A DNA stretch of 57,185 bases, from the NCBI GenBank assembly GCA_030740155.1, contig JASLXV010000079.1, positions 1 to 57,185 on the forward strand, written 5' to 3'. Positions 28,931 to 39,476 of the stretch are shown here, piece by piece. Each line of letters opens with the position of its first letter. The first letter of the stretch is position 1. The stretch is from Dehalococcoidia bacterium. GTDB taxonomy: Bacteria; Chloroflexota; Dehalococcoidia; Lucifugimonadales; UBA3495. A model generated the notes under the pieces. The model saw only the letters and a program-made list of their open reading frames with translations, searched no databases and was not told the DNA's origin. A program made the position numbers and the translations under genes.

Positions 28931-30274
28931 ATGGCAGATCCGAATACGGTTGTTCACTTCTTGAACCAGTTCTTCGGCGGTATCGGCGCCGAGGAGCAGG
29001 CCTATGCCCCGGTCCAGGAGAAAGAGGGGCCGGTCGGTCCGGGGAGGGCCCTTCAGGCGGCCCTGGGCGACCAGGCGGCCGTGGTGAGCACAATTGTGGC
29101 CGGAGACAACTACTTCACCGAGGAAGTTGAATCCGCGAAAGCCGCCGTGGCTGAAATTCTGGACCGGATCAAGCCAGATATGGTAATAGCCGGGCCCGCG
29201 TTCGATGCGGGGCGTTACGGCCTGGCCTGTGCGGAGGTGTGCCGGCTGGCCCAAGGCATGGGTATCCCCGCCGTTACGGGAATGTTCCCGGACAACGCGG
29301 GAGTGTTGACCTATCGCAAGGAAATCCTGGCAGTGTCCTCGGGGATCGACATCTCGGAGATGGCCTCGGTGGTGGGGAGAATGGCCCGACTGGCGATGAA
29401 GCTGGCGCGTGGAGAGGAGTTGGGCCCCGCCTCGGAGGAAGGCTACGTCCCTAGGGGCATCCGCCGGGAGGTGATGCACGACCGCCCGGGCTACGAGCGG
29501 GCCGTGGACATGCTGAACGCTCGGCTCGCGGGAAAGCCGTGGGTCTCTGAAATGCTTATCACCGGCTACGATGTGGTTCCGCCAGCGACGCCGCTGAAGA
29601 ATTTGAAGGAATCGACCATAGCCCTGGTATCGACCGGCGGCCTGGTGCCCCGGGGAAACGAGGACCGGCTGGTGGGCAGCAGGGCGGAGCAGTTCTTCCG
29701 GTACAGCCTGGAAGGGGTGAGTTCCCTGAGCGTCGAGGATTGGGAATCGGTGCATGGCGGCTTCGGCACCCTGATTCTCAACACCAAGAACCCCAACTAT
29801 GCGATGCCCTTGCAAACCGTGAGGTATCTGGAGGACACCGGCGCCATTAAAGCCGTGTACCCCTGGTTTTTCTCCACGACCGGCAATGCGGCCGCCGTGA
29901 GTGCCGGCCGGCGCATGGGGGCCGAGATCGCGGCGGAACTCAACGAACATCACATTGACGGCGTGCTGCTGGTGGCCACTTGAGGGAGTTGCAATCGTTG
30001 CGGCGCAACGATCGGCAAAGAGATCGAGCGGGCGGGAATTCCAGTGGGTATCATGACCGCTATGCCGGCAATACCCCTGGCGGTGGGCGCGAACCGAGTG
30101 GTCAGGGGAGTCCGGGTATCCCACGTCTGCGGAGACCCCGCGCTCTCGGCGCAGAAAGACTGGGAGCTGGGGGTCCGCATCGTAGAGACGGCCCTGAATT
30201 CCCTGGTGACGGCCGTCTCCGGCCCGACCCTGTTCGAACCATCCGAGCCCGAGCCTCAGGAGGCCGCCCTATGA
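28931..30274 (+). CDS. Glycine/sarcosine/betaine reductase selenoprotein B-like subunit, 447 aa, Sec351
   Basis: HFLNQFFGGIG, AGPAFDAGRYG, HGGF. In-frame TGA 29981-29983 gives VATUGSCNRCGATIGKEIERAGIP (GrdB UxxCxxC) and joins ORF 30044-30274. Confidence 0.93.
29994..30012 (+). promoter_or_regulatory. SECIS-like hairpin
   Basis: AUCGUUGC-GGC-GCAACGAU, starting 10 nt after the UGA. Confidence 0.8.
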
Positions 30275-31566
30275 GGTTGGAAATAGGCACATTTCCGGTT
30301 AAAGATATCGTGTTAGGGACGACTACACGCTGGGCCGACGGCGTCCTGGAGATCAACGAGGACGAGTTGGTGGCCATGATAATGGAGGAGCCTTCCGTGA
30401 GTTGGGCCGGCCTCGAGGTGGCCCGGCCGGGAGACCGGACGCGTATCATGGAGATGCGAGACACGATCGAGCCCAAGGTCAAGGTCCAGGGGCCCGGCAC
30501 GGTCTACCCCGGCATCTCCGGCCGGCCGGTGGACACGGTGGGCAGGGGCAGGACCCACCGCCTGAACGGCATGACCATCATCCCCTGCTCGGAAATGCCC
30601 AGGGTGAATCCGGACGGCTCCCATTGGTGGGGCGCCCGCCTCGAGGGGACTCCCGGTGAGGTCAACTATGTCGACATGTCCGGGCCGGGGGCGGTGACTC
30701 CATTTTCTTCGACCATCAACCTGTGCGTGCCCATGGAGTGGCAAGAGGGCTCGTACACGGACGACTGGAACCGGGTGGTCCAGGCCGCCATGTTGAAGGT
30801 AAACGACTACCTGGCCCAGACCACCGTGGGCCTGGAGCCGCCTGAGGTCCAAACCTACGATCTGAACCAGCGCGACAGCTCGCTACCCAACGTCGTATTC
30901 GTGCCGGTGCTGGCCTCCGGGGAGTATCGCTACGGTCCCCGGACCAGCCTCAGCACCTGCGTATACGGCATCGGACGCCTAACCCAGCCATGGCTGCTGC
31001 AACCCACTGAGGTGCTGGACGGCGCCATATGCGGGGCCTACCAATACAACCCTACCTGGCCCATCATTGAAACCATCGTGCCCCACATGTGTGCCCGCCA
31101 CGGGACCGACTTCAATTTTGTGGGGTGCATCGTCGTTCGCAGCAACTGGGAAGCCCAGGCCGAGAAGCAACTCATGGCCAACCGGGCGGCCCAGCTCGCC
31201 ATCGACGTGGGGGCCCAGGGGGCCATCGTCACGACCAACGTCCGGGGACAGCGCTTTCTCGAGACCGTCCTCACGGTGCAGGCCCTGGAAAGGGCCGGGA
31301 TCAACACGATACTGATGACCGAGGAAGAGGACAACGAGAACGGGTCGGCGCCGCCGCTGCTGGTCTCGAACCCGGAGTTGGTGGCCGCGGTCAGCAACGG
31401 GACCGGCGGTGTGGAGGTGACCTTCCCCAAGGTAGAACGGGTCATCGGGGTCCGAAAACCGGAGCCCCACTGGGCCGAGGAGATGGGGCCAATCCATGGC
31501 AGGTACGGCGTCAGCCACCTCCACGACTTCTACGGCTTCGGCAAGCAAGGCTATTTAGACTTCTAG
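30271..31566 (+). CDS. Reductase component B alpha/beta (GrdE/PrdA-like) subunit
   Basis: MRLEIG, ARPGDRTRI..DTIEPKVK, GRGRTHRL, VDMSGPGA, PTEVLDGAI. ATGA overlap with the upstream gene. Confidence 0.85.
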   Translation: MRLEIGTFPVKDIVLGTTTRWADGVLEINEDELVAMIMEEPSVSWAGLEVARPGDRTRIMEMRDTIEPKVKVQGPGTVYPGISGRPVDTVGRGRTHRLNGMTIIPCSEMPRVNPDGSHWWGARLEGTPGEVNYVDMSGPGAVTPFSSTINLCVPMEWQEGSYTDDWNRVVQAAMLKVNDYLAQTTVGLEPPEVQTYDLNQRDSSLPNVVFVPVLASGEYRYGPRTSLSTCVYGIGRLTQPWLLQPTEVLDGAICGAYQYNPTWPIIETIVPHMCARHGTDFNFVGCIVVRSNWEAQAEKQLMANRAAQLAIDVGAQGAIVTTNVRGQRFLETVLTVQALERAGINTILMTEEEDNENGSAPPLLVSNPELVAAVSNGTGGVEVTFPKVERVIGVRKPEPHWAEEMGPIHGRYGVSHLHDFYGFGKQGYLDF

Positions 31567-31636
31567 GAGCCGGGCGCCACGATACCCGCCGAAAGGGCGC
31601 CCGGAAGCAGGTGATCCAGGTATTGAGGAGGAGAGG

Positions 31637-32890
31637 ATGACGCTACCCTACCAAGGCATTCGCATGGTCGATTTCACGCAGGTGCAGCAGGGGCCTTCGG
31701 CCACCCAGGTCCTGGCTGACTATGGGATGGACGTCATCAAAGTGGAGCGCATCAACGACGGTGAGATCGGCCGCAGAAACCCGCCCCGGGTCAACGGCAT
31801 CAGCGCCTACTTCTTGGCCAACAACCGCAACAAGCGCACCATAAGCCTCGACCTTCGGAGGCCGGAGGCCAAGGAGATCATCTACAAGATGGTCAAGGTG
31901 TCCGACATAGTCGCCAGCAACTTCCGCCCCGGCGTCATGGACCGCATGGGGTTCGGATACGAGGAACTGGACAAAATCAACCCTCGGATCATCTGGGCCG
32001 TGGCTACCGGTTTCGGTTCCAGCGGGCCGTACGAGAAGCGCATCGGGCAGGATCTGCTGGCCCAGGCCCTGGGCGGGATGATCTCGCTGACCGGCGACCG
32101 GGAAAGTCCCCCCCGGCCGGCCGGCACGTTCATCGCCGACTTTCTGGGCGGCATGCTGTTCGCCCAGGGAATGATGGCGGCCCTCGCGGCCCGGGAGCAG
32201 ACCGGGCGCGGGCAAATCGTCGACTCCTGCCTCCTGAACGGCATGATCGTGAGCCACATCCAGGAGAACGCCGCGGTCTTGAATCTCGGCAAGGAGTACC
32301 CGAGGCCCCATCCTGCCGGCGGTCACTCCGCAAACGGCGCTCTGTACGCCATATACGAGTGCAAGGACGGCAAGTACTTCGCCATGATGGGGTCCTTCGC
32401 GGAAAATGTCTTGGGCCGCGTTTGCCAGGCCCTGGAGATCGAACCTTCGCTCGCTGATGACCCGCGTTGGAAGGATGTCGATCTGCGGAGTGAGGAGACC
32501 TGGGGGTTCTACCCGGTGCTCAAAGCCGGGTTCAAGAAGTTCGACCGGGACGAGGTTGAGCGAAGGTTCCTGGAGTACGACCTGCCTCCCGGCCCGGTAC
32601 ACAATCTGCAAGAGGTCTTCGAGGACCCGCAGGTGATCCACAACGAAATGATCGTGGATATGGAGCATTCGATCTACGGCCCCATCAAGCTGACCGGATT
32701 CCCCGTCAAACTGTCCGACACCCCGGCCACGCTTCGCTTGCCGCCGCCGACCGTGGGGGAGCACAACGAGGAGGTCCTCAGGGAGCTGAACTACACCGAT
32801 GACGAGATTCGCGCCCTGCAGAGGGAGGGCGTGGTCGGCTCTGAGAACGCGAGACGCGCGGCCCTGGACCTGATAGGAGAGGGGATTTAG
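31637..32890 (+). CDS. Class III CoA transferase (CaiB/BaiF)
   Basis: GIRMVDFTQVQQGP, NNRNKRTI, NFRPGVMDRMG, ADFLGG. Confidence 0.9.
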   Translation: MTLPYQGIRMVDFTQVQQGPSATQVLADYGMDVIKVERINDGEIGRRNPPRVNGISAYFLANNRNKRTISLDLRRPEAKEIIYKMVKVSDIVASNFRPGVMDRMGFGYEELDKINPRIIWAVATGFGSSGPYEKRIGQDLLAQALGGMISLTGDRESPPRPAGTFIADFLGGMLFAQGMMAALAAREQTGRGQIVDSCLLNGMIVSHIQENAAVLNLGKEYPRPHPAGGHSANGALYAIYECKDGKYFAMMGSFAENVLGRVCQALEIEPSLADDPRWKDVDLRSEETWGFYPVLKAGFKKFDRDEVERRFLEYDLPPGPVHNLQEVFEDPQVIHNEMIVDMEHSIYGPIKLTGFPVKLSDTPATLRLPPPTVGEHNEEVLRELNYTDDEIRALQREGVVGSENARRAALDLIGEGI

Positions 32891-33330
32891 CGGCTATCCG
32901 GGGCTATGCCCCTCCCAAACATAGACGCGCTCCAACGGCTGGCCGGAGACAGTTGCCAAAGTTGGGCTTGCCGCCGGGTCTCGGCCTGGCGGTGCTGCGA
33001 GATCGTGTCTTGCATATCCCGGTAACCCCCGACCGGCCCTCGAACAGACTGCCGAATCGATCGAAGGCTCGAATGACTGGCAAATCCCTCCACCTCCCCC
33101 TTTGTAAAGGGGGATCGAGGAGGATTTCCCCCGTAAATCCAACAAAAAGCGAGACCCATTCGCTAACCCCGCAGGCCGAGGGGCGTCAAACCTTTGACCC
33201 CCGAAAACGTCGCCGGCGCCAGCCTTGTTTTCCGGATGCGGCCTTTGCCCAGGTGACCCCGGAGCGGGCCACCCGGCCGCCGGTGGAACGCTCTGCCCGC
33301 ACATAGCGGAACCGGAAAGGAGCTTGGAAA

Positions 33331-34432
33331 ATGAAGATCACGGGACTCACGGGGCACATCTTCGAACCCAGGACCAACCATCATCAGGAGACCCCGGAGT
33401 TCGTCAGCGCCTCGGTCCGGCGGAACGGCCTCGCCATCATCTCAACCGACGAAGGGATTGACGGAGTTGTGTCCTCCCGGTCGGACAACCTGCTGCTGCT
33501 GGCCCAACTGTGGCCTGAAGCCAGGGAGCACATCGAGGGGCAGGACCCTTTCGACCGGGGCCGGATGGAGAACATGCTCAGGCACCGGTTTCGCTGGTCC
33601 AACAAGGCCATCGGCATCCTCGACTACGGCCTGTGGGACATCGCGGGCAAGAGCCTGCGTCAACCCATATACAAGCTGCTGGGCAGCACCAGGGAGAAGG
33701 TGCTGGCCTACGGGTCGACGGTCCATTTTGCCAGGGATGAGCAGTTCGTGGAGTCAACCCTGGGCCCAGGCCAAGGGCTTGACGGCGGTGAAGCTGCATC
33801 CCTACTGCGTCGCCGCCGACGACATCCGCATGTGCCGCGCGGTGCGCAAGGCCGTGGGCGACGATTTCACCCTCATGTTGGACACCCTGGTCTACCCTGG
33901 CCCCTACGACCGTCAGGATGCGCTGCGGGTGGGCCGCGTGCTGGACGAACTCAACTTCTGGTGGTTCGAGGACCCGCTGCCCAAGACGGACCTGGACGGA
34001 CTGACTGAACTGACTCAGGCTTGTCAGGTGGTGCAGGTACGGATGGGAGACCAGGTGGACGACATCCACGAATACGCCGAGATGGTGCGCCGCCGGTGCA
34101 TGGACATCATGGCCGGACCGGCTTCCTTCGGCATCACCGCCCTGATGAAGATGGCCCACATGGCGGAGATCAACCATATGAATTTCGAGCCCCATGACTT
34201 TGGCCGAGGGACCGCCAGCCTCCACGTGCTCCTGGCAATCAACAATGCCGACTATTACGAGATTGCCGTGCCCCAGGGGTGTTTCGACGAGGCGATCTAT
34301 CCCGGGGTTTACCTCGACTCGGTGAAAGCAGACGCTGAAGGCTGGGTCCATGCGCCTACCAAGCCAGGGTTGGGCTTTGAAATCGATCTCCGGGAGGCCA
34401 AGAAAGTCACTGAACAGACCATCCAGCCTTAG
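33331..34432 (+). pseudogene. Mandelate racemase/muconate lactonising (enolase superfamily) enzyme, frameshifted near 33762
   Basis: Frame 1 carries LDYGLWDIAGK..PIYKLLG; the next frame carries AVKLHP, LMLD, WFEDP, EPH, PTKPGLGFEID. Confidence 0.8.
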
Positions 34433-34577
34433 CAGTCCACCGGCGGCCAGGGTGCTGCTATCTGCTTGCCGGTCTGTATCTCCGAGGTGTTACAATGGGG
34501 CGTCGCTTGGCTTGGGAAGGCCCCTGGCTACGCACTTGCGAGAGATTCCACCCATCTTGAGAAAACGAGGTGAACCC

Positions 34578-35567
34578 ATGGCTCAACAGAAGCTGGTAAA
34601 GAAGTCGGTCATACCCGACGACAACCCGCCCGCGATATCGAGGACCCCCGCGGAGGACCTATTACGCGCCATCTCCGAGGAGGTGGATATTTACACTGAA
34701 GACCGGCCCGAACCCGATGAGTTGGTGAGGCGCTGCAAGGATGCGGACGCGGTTATCAACATCCGGTCCGTCGTCCAGTTCCCCCGGTCGGTCCTGGAGC
34801 AGCTACCGAAGTTGAAGATCCTGTCCATCTGGGCTGTCGGCGTGGACAACGTGGACCTGGAGGCCTGCAAAGAACTGGGAATAACCGCCACCAGGATGGC
34901 GCCCCTTTCAGCGCCATCGGTGGCGGAGCACTCCCTGGCTATGGCGATGGCAGTGTCGCGGAAGCTCGTGGAGAATGACCAGATGGTCCGGCGGGGTGAG
35001 TGGGGAAGGCCCTACGTCACCGATCTTCTGGGCAAGACAATGGGAATCATCGGAACGGGGCCCATCGGCCAGCGGGTCGCGCAGCTGGCCAAGGGAATAG
35101 GGATGAATGTCGTTGCCTATACAATTAACCCTTCGCCGGAGCGGGCCCGGGAGTACGGCGTGGAGTTCGTGGAGTTGGACGACCTGCTACGGCAGTCCGA
35201 CGTGGTGGTCACCGTTATTGCCGTGTCCAGCCTGACGGAGAATATAATCGGCGCGCGGGAACTCGGGCTCATGAAGCCGACCGCCATCCTGGTGAACACC
35301 GGCAGGGGCCTTCTGGTCGACGAGGCCGCTTTGGCGGATGCTTTGAGTTCAGGGGGCATCGCCGGCGCGGGTGTGGACGTGTTCGTGAACGAGCCCATCG
35401 AGCCTGAAAGCCCGCTGCTCAAGGTGGGCAACATTATCCTGTCTCCCCACATGGCGGCAAACACCCCTGACGGGGCCCTGAAGCGGCTCTTGCTTGCGGT
35501 GGAAAACATCCAGTGGGCCATGGAGGGCAATCCGCAAAACGTGCTGGTGCAGGGCAACAGAATCTAG
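34578..35567 (+). CDS. D-isomer-specific 2-hydroxyacid dehydrogenase
   Basis: VGVDNVD, GIIGTGPIG, LVNTGRG, DVFVNEP, LSPHMA. Confidence 0.9.
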   Translation: MAQQKLVKKSVIPDDNPPAISRTPAEDLLRAISEEVDIYTEDRPEPDELVRRCKDADAVINIRSVVQFPRSVLEQLPKLKILSIWAVGVDNVDLEACKELGITATRMAPLSAPSVAEHSLAMAMAVSRKLVENDQMVRRGEWGRPYVTDLLGKTMGIIGTGPIGQRVAQLAKGIGMNVVAYTINPSPERAREYGVEFVELDDLLRQSDVVVTVIAVSSLTENIIGARELGLMKPTAILVNTGRGLLVDEAALADALSSGGIAGAGVDVFVNEPIEPESPLLKVGNIILSPHMAANTPDGALKRLLLAVENIQWAMEGNPQNVLVQGNRI

Positions 35568-35685
35568 AAGTTGGCTGGGGGCCCCGTGCCCGTTCCGCCG
35601 GATACCCATCCATGGCGGGAGGGCGCGCCGGGCCCCTGGCTATTCCAATTTATCCTGGACCTGCCGACCGGACCCACCGGTCAGT

Positions 35686-36936
35686 CTACCCCGGTAGCAC
35701 GCTGACCCCGCGCTCCGGGTATTGGAAGCCCAGAAGCAGGCCCAGCCAATTGCGGAGATAATGGGGTGGGAGGAAGGTGCCCTTCACCCGAAGCCTGGCC
35801 TCCTGTCCCATGAGTTCGGCCAACGGTGGGTTCGACAGTAGTTGGCGCATCCGGTAGGCGGCGCCTTCCGCGGTCTGCACGAGGAAGCCGGTCACTCCGT
35901 CGATGACCTGATAGGAAATTCCCCCCGTGTCTCCTCCCACGACCGGTTTGGCTTTCCACATGGGCTCGGTAATCGAGAGGCCAAAGCCTTCGCGAAGGGA
36001 TTTCTGAATCACCAGGGCGGCTGCCCGTTGGAGGGCGTTCACGGTGATATCGTTGTCCTCGGGGTTTACAATGACGGTGGTGTCGGGCAACGCTTCCGCC
36101 GCCTTCACAACCTCTTCACAGACCACTCGTCCTTCCGGATCGTCGGGGGCAAAATTGCCCACGAACACAAACGCTACATCGGTAGAGCGCTTCACCATCT
36201 CGTAGGCGCGCAGGGTCCCCATCGGGTCCTTCAACCAGTCGAACCGGCTCGCCTGAAGAATAAACGGCTTGTCGGATGAGATGTTATATCGGTCCAGCAC
36301 CGTCTGGATCTCCTCCGGCCGGAGGTCCCGGTTCTTGTCGCTAAGCGGATCGATAAACGGGGGGATGAGGTACTGGGGGATGAACAGGTCCCGGCGCAGA
36401 AACTGGGGAATGTGAAAGACGGCCGCGTCGAAAAGATCCAAGTACGGCTTGAGGAACGCCCAGACCCGGAGATCCGCCTGGGCCACGTCGATGTGACATC
36501 GCCAGGTCCACTTGGCGCGATCGTTGGGCCGGTCCTCGATCAAGCCCATGGGCTGAGGGTCGTGGATGATGATGTAGTCGGCATCCTTGTTGATCTTTGA
36601 GGCGTTTTCCTTCATCACTTCCCGGTAAATCCGGAACATATCCGGGGTGATGTCTTCCGCCACCCCATGCAAGGCGTTGTGGAAGCTCTTGGTGGCGTCG
36701 AAGAAGGCATCCGGCGCATCGATGACGGTCCACTCAGTCTTCAGGCCCATGTCGTTCATCAAAGGCACGACGCGAGATAGGATTTCAGCTACCCCGCCGC
36801 CGGTACGGGTGGAGCTAACGTGCTGCAGATGGGCGCCGCGGAGGCTGCGAACCATCAGCCGGATCTGGTCGATAACCTCTTCTCCGACGAAGGGGATGTA
36901 GTCATCGAGGCGGGCCGGAGCACTCATCGAACTCAC
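35686..36936 (-). CDS. treT: GT4 glycosyltransferase, trehalose synthase TreT-like
   Basis: STRTGGGVAEIL, TKSFHNALHG, IHDPQP, WRCHID, QKSLREGFGL. Confidence 0.75.
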   Translation of the reverse strand: MSSMSAPARLDDYIPFVGEEVIDQIRLMVRSLRGAHLQHVSSTRTGGGVAEILSRVVPLMNDMGLKTEWTVIDAPDAFFDATKSFHNALHGVAEDITPDMFRIYREVMKENASKINKDADYIIIHDPQPMGLIEDRPNDRAKWTWRCHIDVAQADLRVWAFLKPYLDLFDAAVFHIPQFLRRDLFIPQYLIPPFIDPLSDKNRDLRPEEIQTVLDRYNISSDKPFILQASRFDWLKDPMGTLRAYEMVKRSTDVAFVFVGNFAPDDPEGRVVCEEVVKAAEALPDTTVIVNPEDNDITVNALQRAAALVIQKSLREGFGLSITEPMWKAKPVVGGDTGGISYQVIDGVTGFLVQTAEGAAYRMRQLLSNPPLAELMGQEARLRVKGTFLPPHYLRNWLGLLLGFQYPERGVSVLPG

Positions 36937-37635
36937 CTAACCCCTGAGTACCGCGCCGATCTGGGCTTTCAGCGCGCTCAGGTCGTGGAAATAGGGGTTG
37001 AGACGGTCCAGCGCCTCTGCTTTCTCATTCTCCCGCGAAAGCCTGAGCCACCGGGAGAAATCGTTCGTGCCGCCACCATCGCGGAACCGGGCCTCGATAA
37101 AATGGTGGAGAACACACGCCAGCCCAAGTTTTTCCACCCCTTCGGCCAGTTGCGCAACGCTGGTGGCTTCAACCCCCGCCGGGAAGACAAAACTCCTGGC
37201 CTCCAGGAAGTAGAACTCCCACCCCAACGGCACCCGAGGGAAGTCCTCTCCTTCGCCCACGTACTCCTGGACATACGACACGAGGCGCTCGCGAGATTCG
37301 CGGACGGTGGAGCATTCGAGAGGGTCCACACTGGCGAGTTTTTCGGCCAACCCCTTCTGCCCAAACCTGGTGAAGACCCAGCGGGCAAAGTCATTGGTGT
37401 GCTCGGCCAGGCGGTGCTTACGCCGACGGAAGAGGGCGTGATGGACGTGGTAGTAGATGGAGGAGCCGGGAACCTGCTGGAGCCCCCGAGCGAGCGAGGG
37501 CAGGCTGTCGGCGCGGTGACCGGTCCACAGCACCACCCCGGCTTCGGTCATAAAACGAAAAGGTTCGACCGGTGACGTCTCAGCTTCCACAAGCTCATCC
37601 TCTCGGTAGTGGGATAGATGCTTGATCATCTTCAT
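36937..37635 (-). CDS. TreT-associated hypothetical protein (DUF5752-like)
   Basis: Two repeats of SIYYH..NDFARW / VLHHFIEAR..NDFSRW; abuts the treT-like gene. Confidence 0.7.
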   Translation of the reverse strand: MKMIKHLSHYREDELVEAETSPVEPFRFMTEAGVVLWTGHRADSLPSLARGLQQVPGSSIYYHVHHALFRRRKHRLAEHTNDFARWVFTRFGQKGLAEKLASVDPLECSTVRESRERLVSYVQEYVGEGEDFPRVPLGWEFYFLEARSFVFPAGVEATSVAQLAEGVEKLGLACVLHHFIEARFRDGGGTNDFSRWLRLSRENEKAEALDRLNPYFHDLSALKAQIGAVLRG

Positions 37636-38065
37636 CCGTCTCCCGGTCCATTCTACTGTTAGAAGCCCTGCAGCGGCAATGACACCAAGCTTCCCGGCCG
37701 GCGCCGATCCCGAGGCCCCCAACGCTGAGGTTTTGGGAGGCCCCCGTCTACATTCGGTGTGGCCGCCCGGCGGACGGTTCCGCCTATCCTTATTATGGAT
37801 GGGCAGGCACGTGAGGGCATAGAGTGTTGGCACCCTTCGCGCATAGAGAACTCTCACCTGTATGGCCGCTTGGGGAGATGCGATGCCGCGCCCCCATTTG
37901 AGTTTCCAGGTGCGATTTCAGGCACGGATTCAAGCCGAAGGCGATCCTGCCTTCGCGCTGCCGGACACCCTGGAGCGTGGATGCTATACTGTGCCGTGGT
38001 GGATTGGGGAGGGCATCGCTCCCGCGACGGCCGGGGATGCGATGCTGCCGGCAGGAGATTGAACT

Positions 38066-39166
38066 ATGATCGTAGCGGCGGATACGGTCCAGATGGACCC
38101 CAAAGCCCTGCAAGGGGTGGAGGAACTCTTTCGAGAGCAGATCCGAAGCGGGGTGCATCCGGGCGCGGTGTTGGCGGTGTACCGGCGGGGGAAACTGGTC
38201 CTGGACATCCACGGCGGACTGGCCGATGGTGAACTGGGCAAACCGGTCACTCGCGACACCATGTTTGTCCTGTACTCCTCCACCAAGCCCCTGGCCGCGG
38301 CCTGCATCTACCTGCTCTGGGAGCGCGGAAAGCTGGGGTGGGACGACCGGGTGGCCGATCATTGGCCCGGTTTCGCCCAGAACGGTAAGGCCGACGTCAC
38401 CGTGCGCCACATCCTGACCCACCGAGGCGGTTTTCCGGATACGCCCGCCGAGCTGACCTGGGACGTGTGGCGGGACTGGGACGCCGTGGTCCGGGCGATG
38501 GAGAGGGTCTCGCCGGTGTACGAGCCGGGCAAGGTCCTCGCCTATCATCCCCGCAATTTTGGCTGGGTGATCGGTGAGTTGGTCCGGCGGGTCGACGGGC
38601 GGCCCTTCAGCCAGTTCCTCCAGGAGGAGGTGACCGGGCCGCTGGGGATGCTAGACACCTACGTGGGCCTGCCCCCGTCTCTGGAAGAGAGGGTGTCGAA
38701 GGAACATGCAATGGAGGACTGTGACCGCCCGGTCATGGTTTCGACCTACAACCGGGCGGAGGTGCACCAGGCGGTGCACCCGGCGGGAGGGGGGATTGCC
38801 ACCGCCCGGGACCTGGCCAGGTTCTACGCGATGTTGGCCGGAGGCGGCATTCTTGATGGGACGCGGGTCCTGGCGGCGGAAACCGTCGCCGAGGTCACCC
38901 GTTTTCAAGTCGAGGGGATGGATTATACCCTGGAGCGGCCGGTCCGCCGGTGCCTGGGGATGGCGCTGGATGACAATCGCATGGGGTCTTCGGAGACGGA
39001 CGGCTCCCAGTCCTTTGGCCACGGCGGGGCCGGCACGTCGGTGGGCTGGACAGACCCCGACTCCGGGCTGGCCATGGCTTTCATCACCAACGGCTTTCGG
39101 GCCGGGCCGTCGAACACCCGGCGCTTGGCGGCCATCTCCCGGGCCGTGCGCGATGCTTGCCTTTAA
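38066..39166 (+). CDS. Serine hydrolase, beta-lactamase-related (EstA-like esterase)
   Basis: YSSTK (SxxK), ILTHRGG, AYHP, FGHGGAG. Confidence 0.88.
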   Translation: MIVAADTVQMDPKALQGVEELFREQIRSGVHPGAVLAVYRRGKLVLDIHGGLADGELGKPVTRDTMFVLYSSTKPLAAACIYLLWERGKLGWDDRVADHWPGFAQNGKADVTVRHILTHRGGFPDTPAELTWDVWRDWDAVVRAMERVSPVYEPGKVLAYHPRNFGWVIGELVRRVDGRPFSQFLQEEVTGPLGMLDTYVGLPPSLEERVSKEHAMEDCDRPVMVSTYNRAEVHQAVHPAGGGIATARDLARFYAMLAGGGILDGTRVLAAETVAEVTRFQVEGMDYTLERPVRRCLGMALDDNRMGSSETDGSQSFGHGGAGTSVGWTDPDSGLAMAFITNGFRAGPSNTRRLAAISRAVRDACL

Positions 39167-39314
39167 TCACGCAGGCGCAACAATTTCGACGAGGGCAATC
39201 AATCCGAGAACAGCGCTCAACAGAGTCCCCGCCGCTTCCGGCGAGAATCGAAGCTTGAGTACTTTCTGGCAAGCTGCATAACACCGGCGAAATTGGCGGA
39301 CATCCCTCCTCGCA

Positions 39315-39456
39315 CCGTCATTCCGGCGAAGGCCGGAATCCCGCGCCACCACCGTCTTTCCGGCGAAGGCCGGAATCCAGCCCCATCACCGTCTTTCCGG
39401 CGAAGGCCGGAATCCAGCAGTGCTTCCCTGGATCCCGGCCTTCGCCGGGATGACGG
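39315..39456. repeat. Cluster of four REP-like palindromes (ccggcgaaggccgg)
   Basis: Three direct copies of cgtc(a/t)ttccggcgaaggccggaatcc followed by one inverted copy. Confidence 0.8.
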
Positions 39457-39476
39457 GCTGAGGATGAAGCCATTTG

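Noticed and set aside
28706..32764. Long antisense ORFs (28706-30124, 31643-32764) and similar overlapping ORFs throughout the window
   Set aside because: Shadow frames of real genes in high-GC DNA, with no family motifs.
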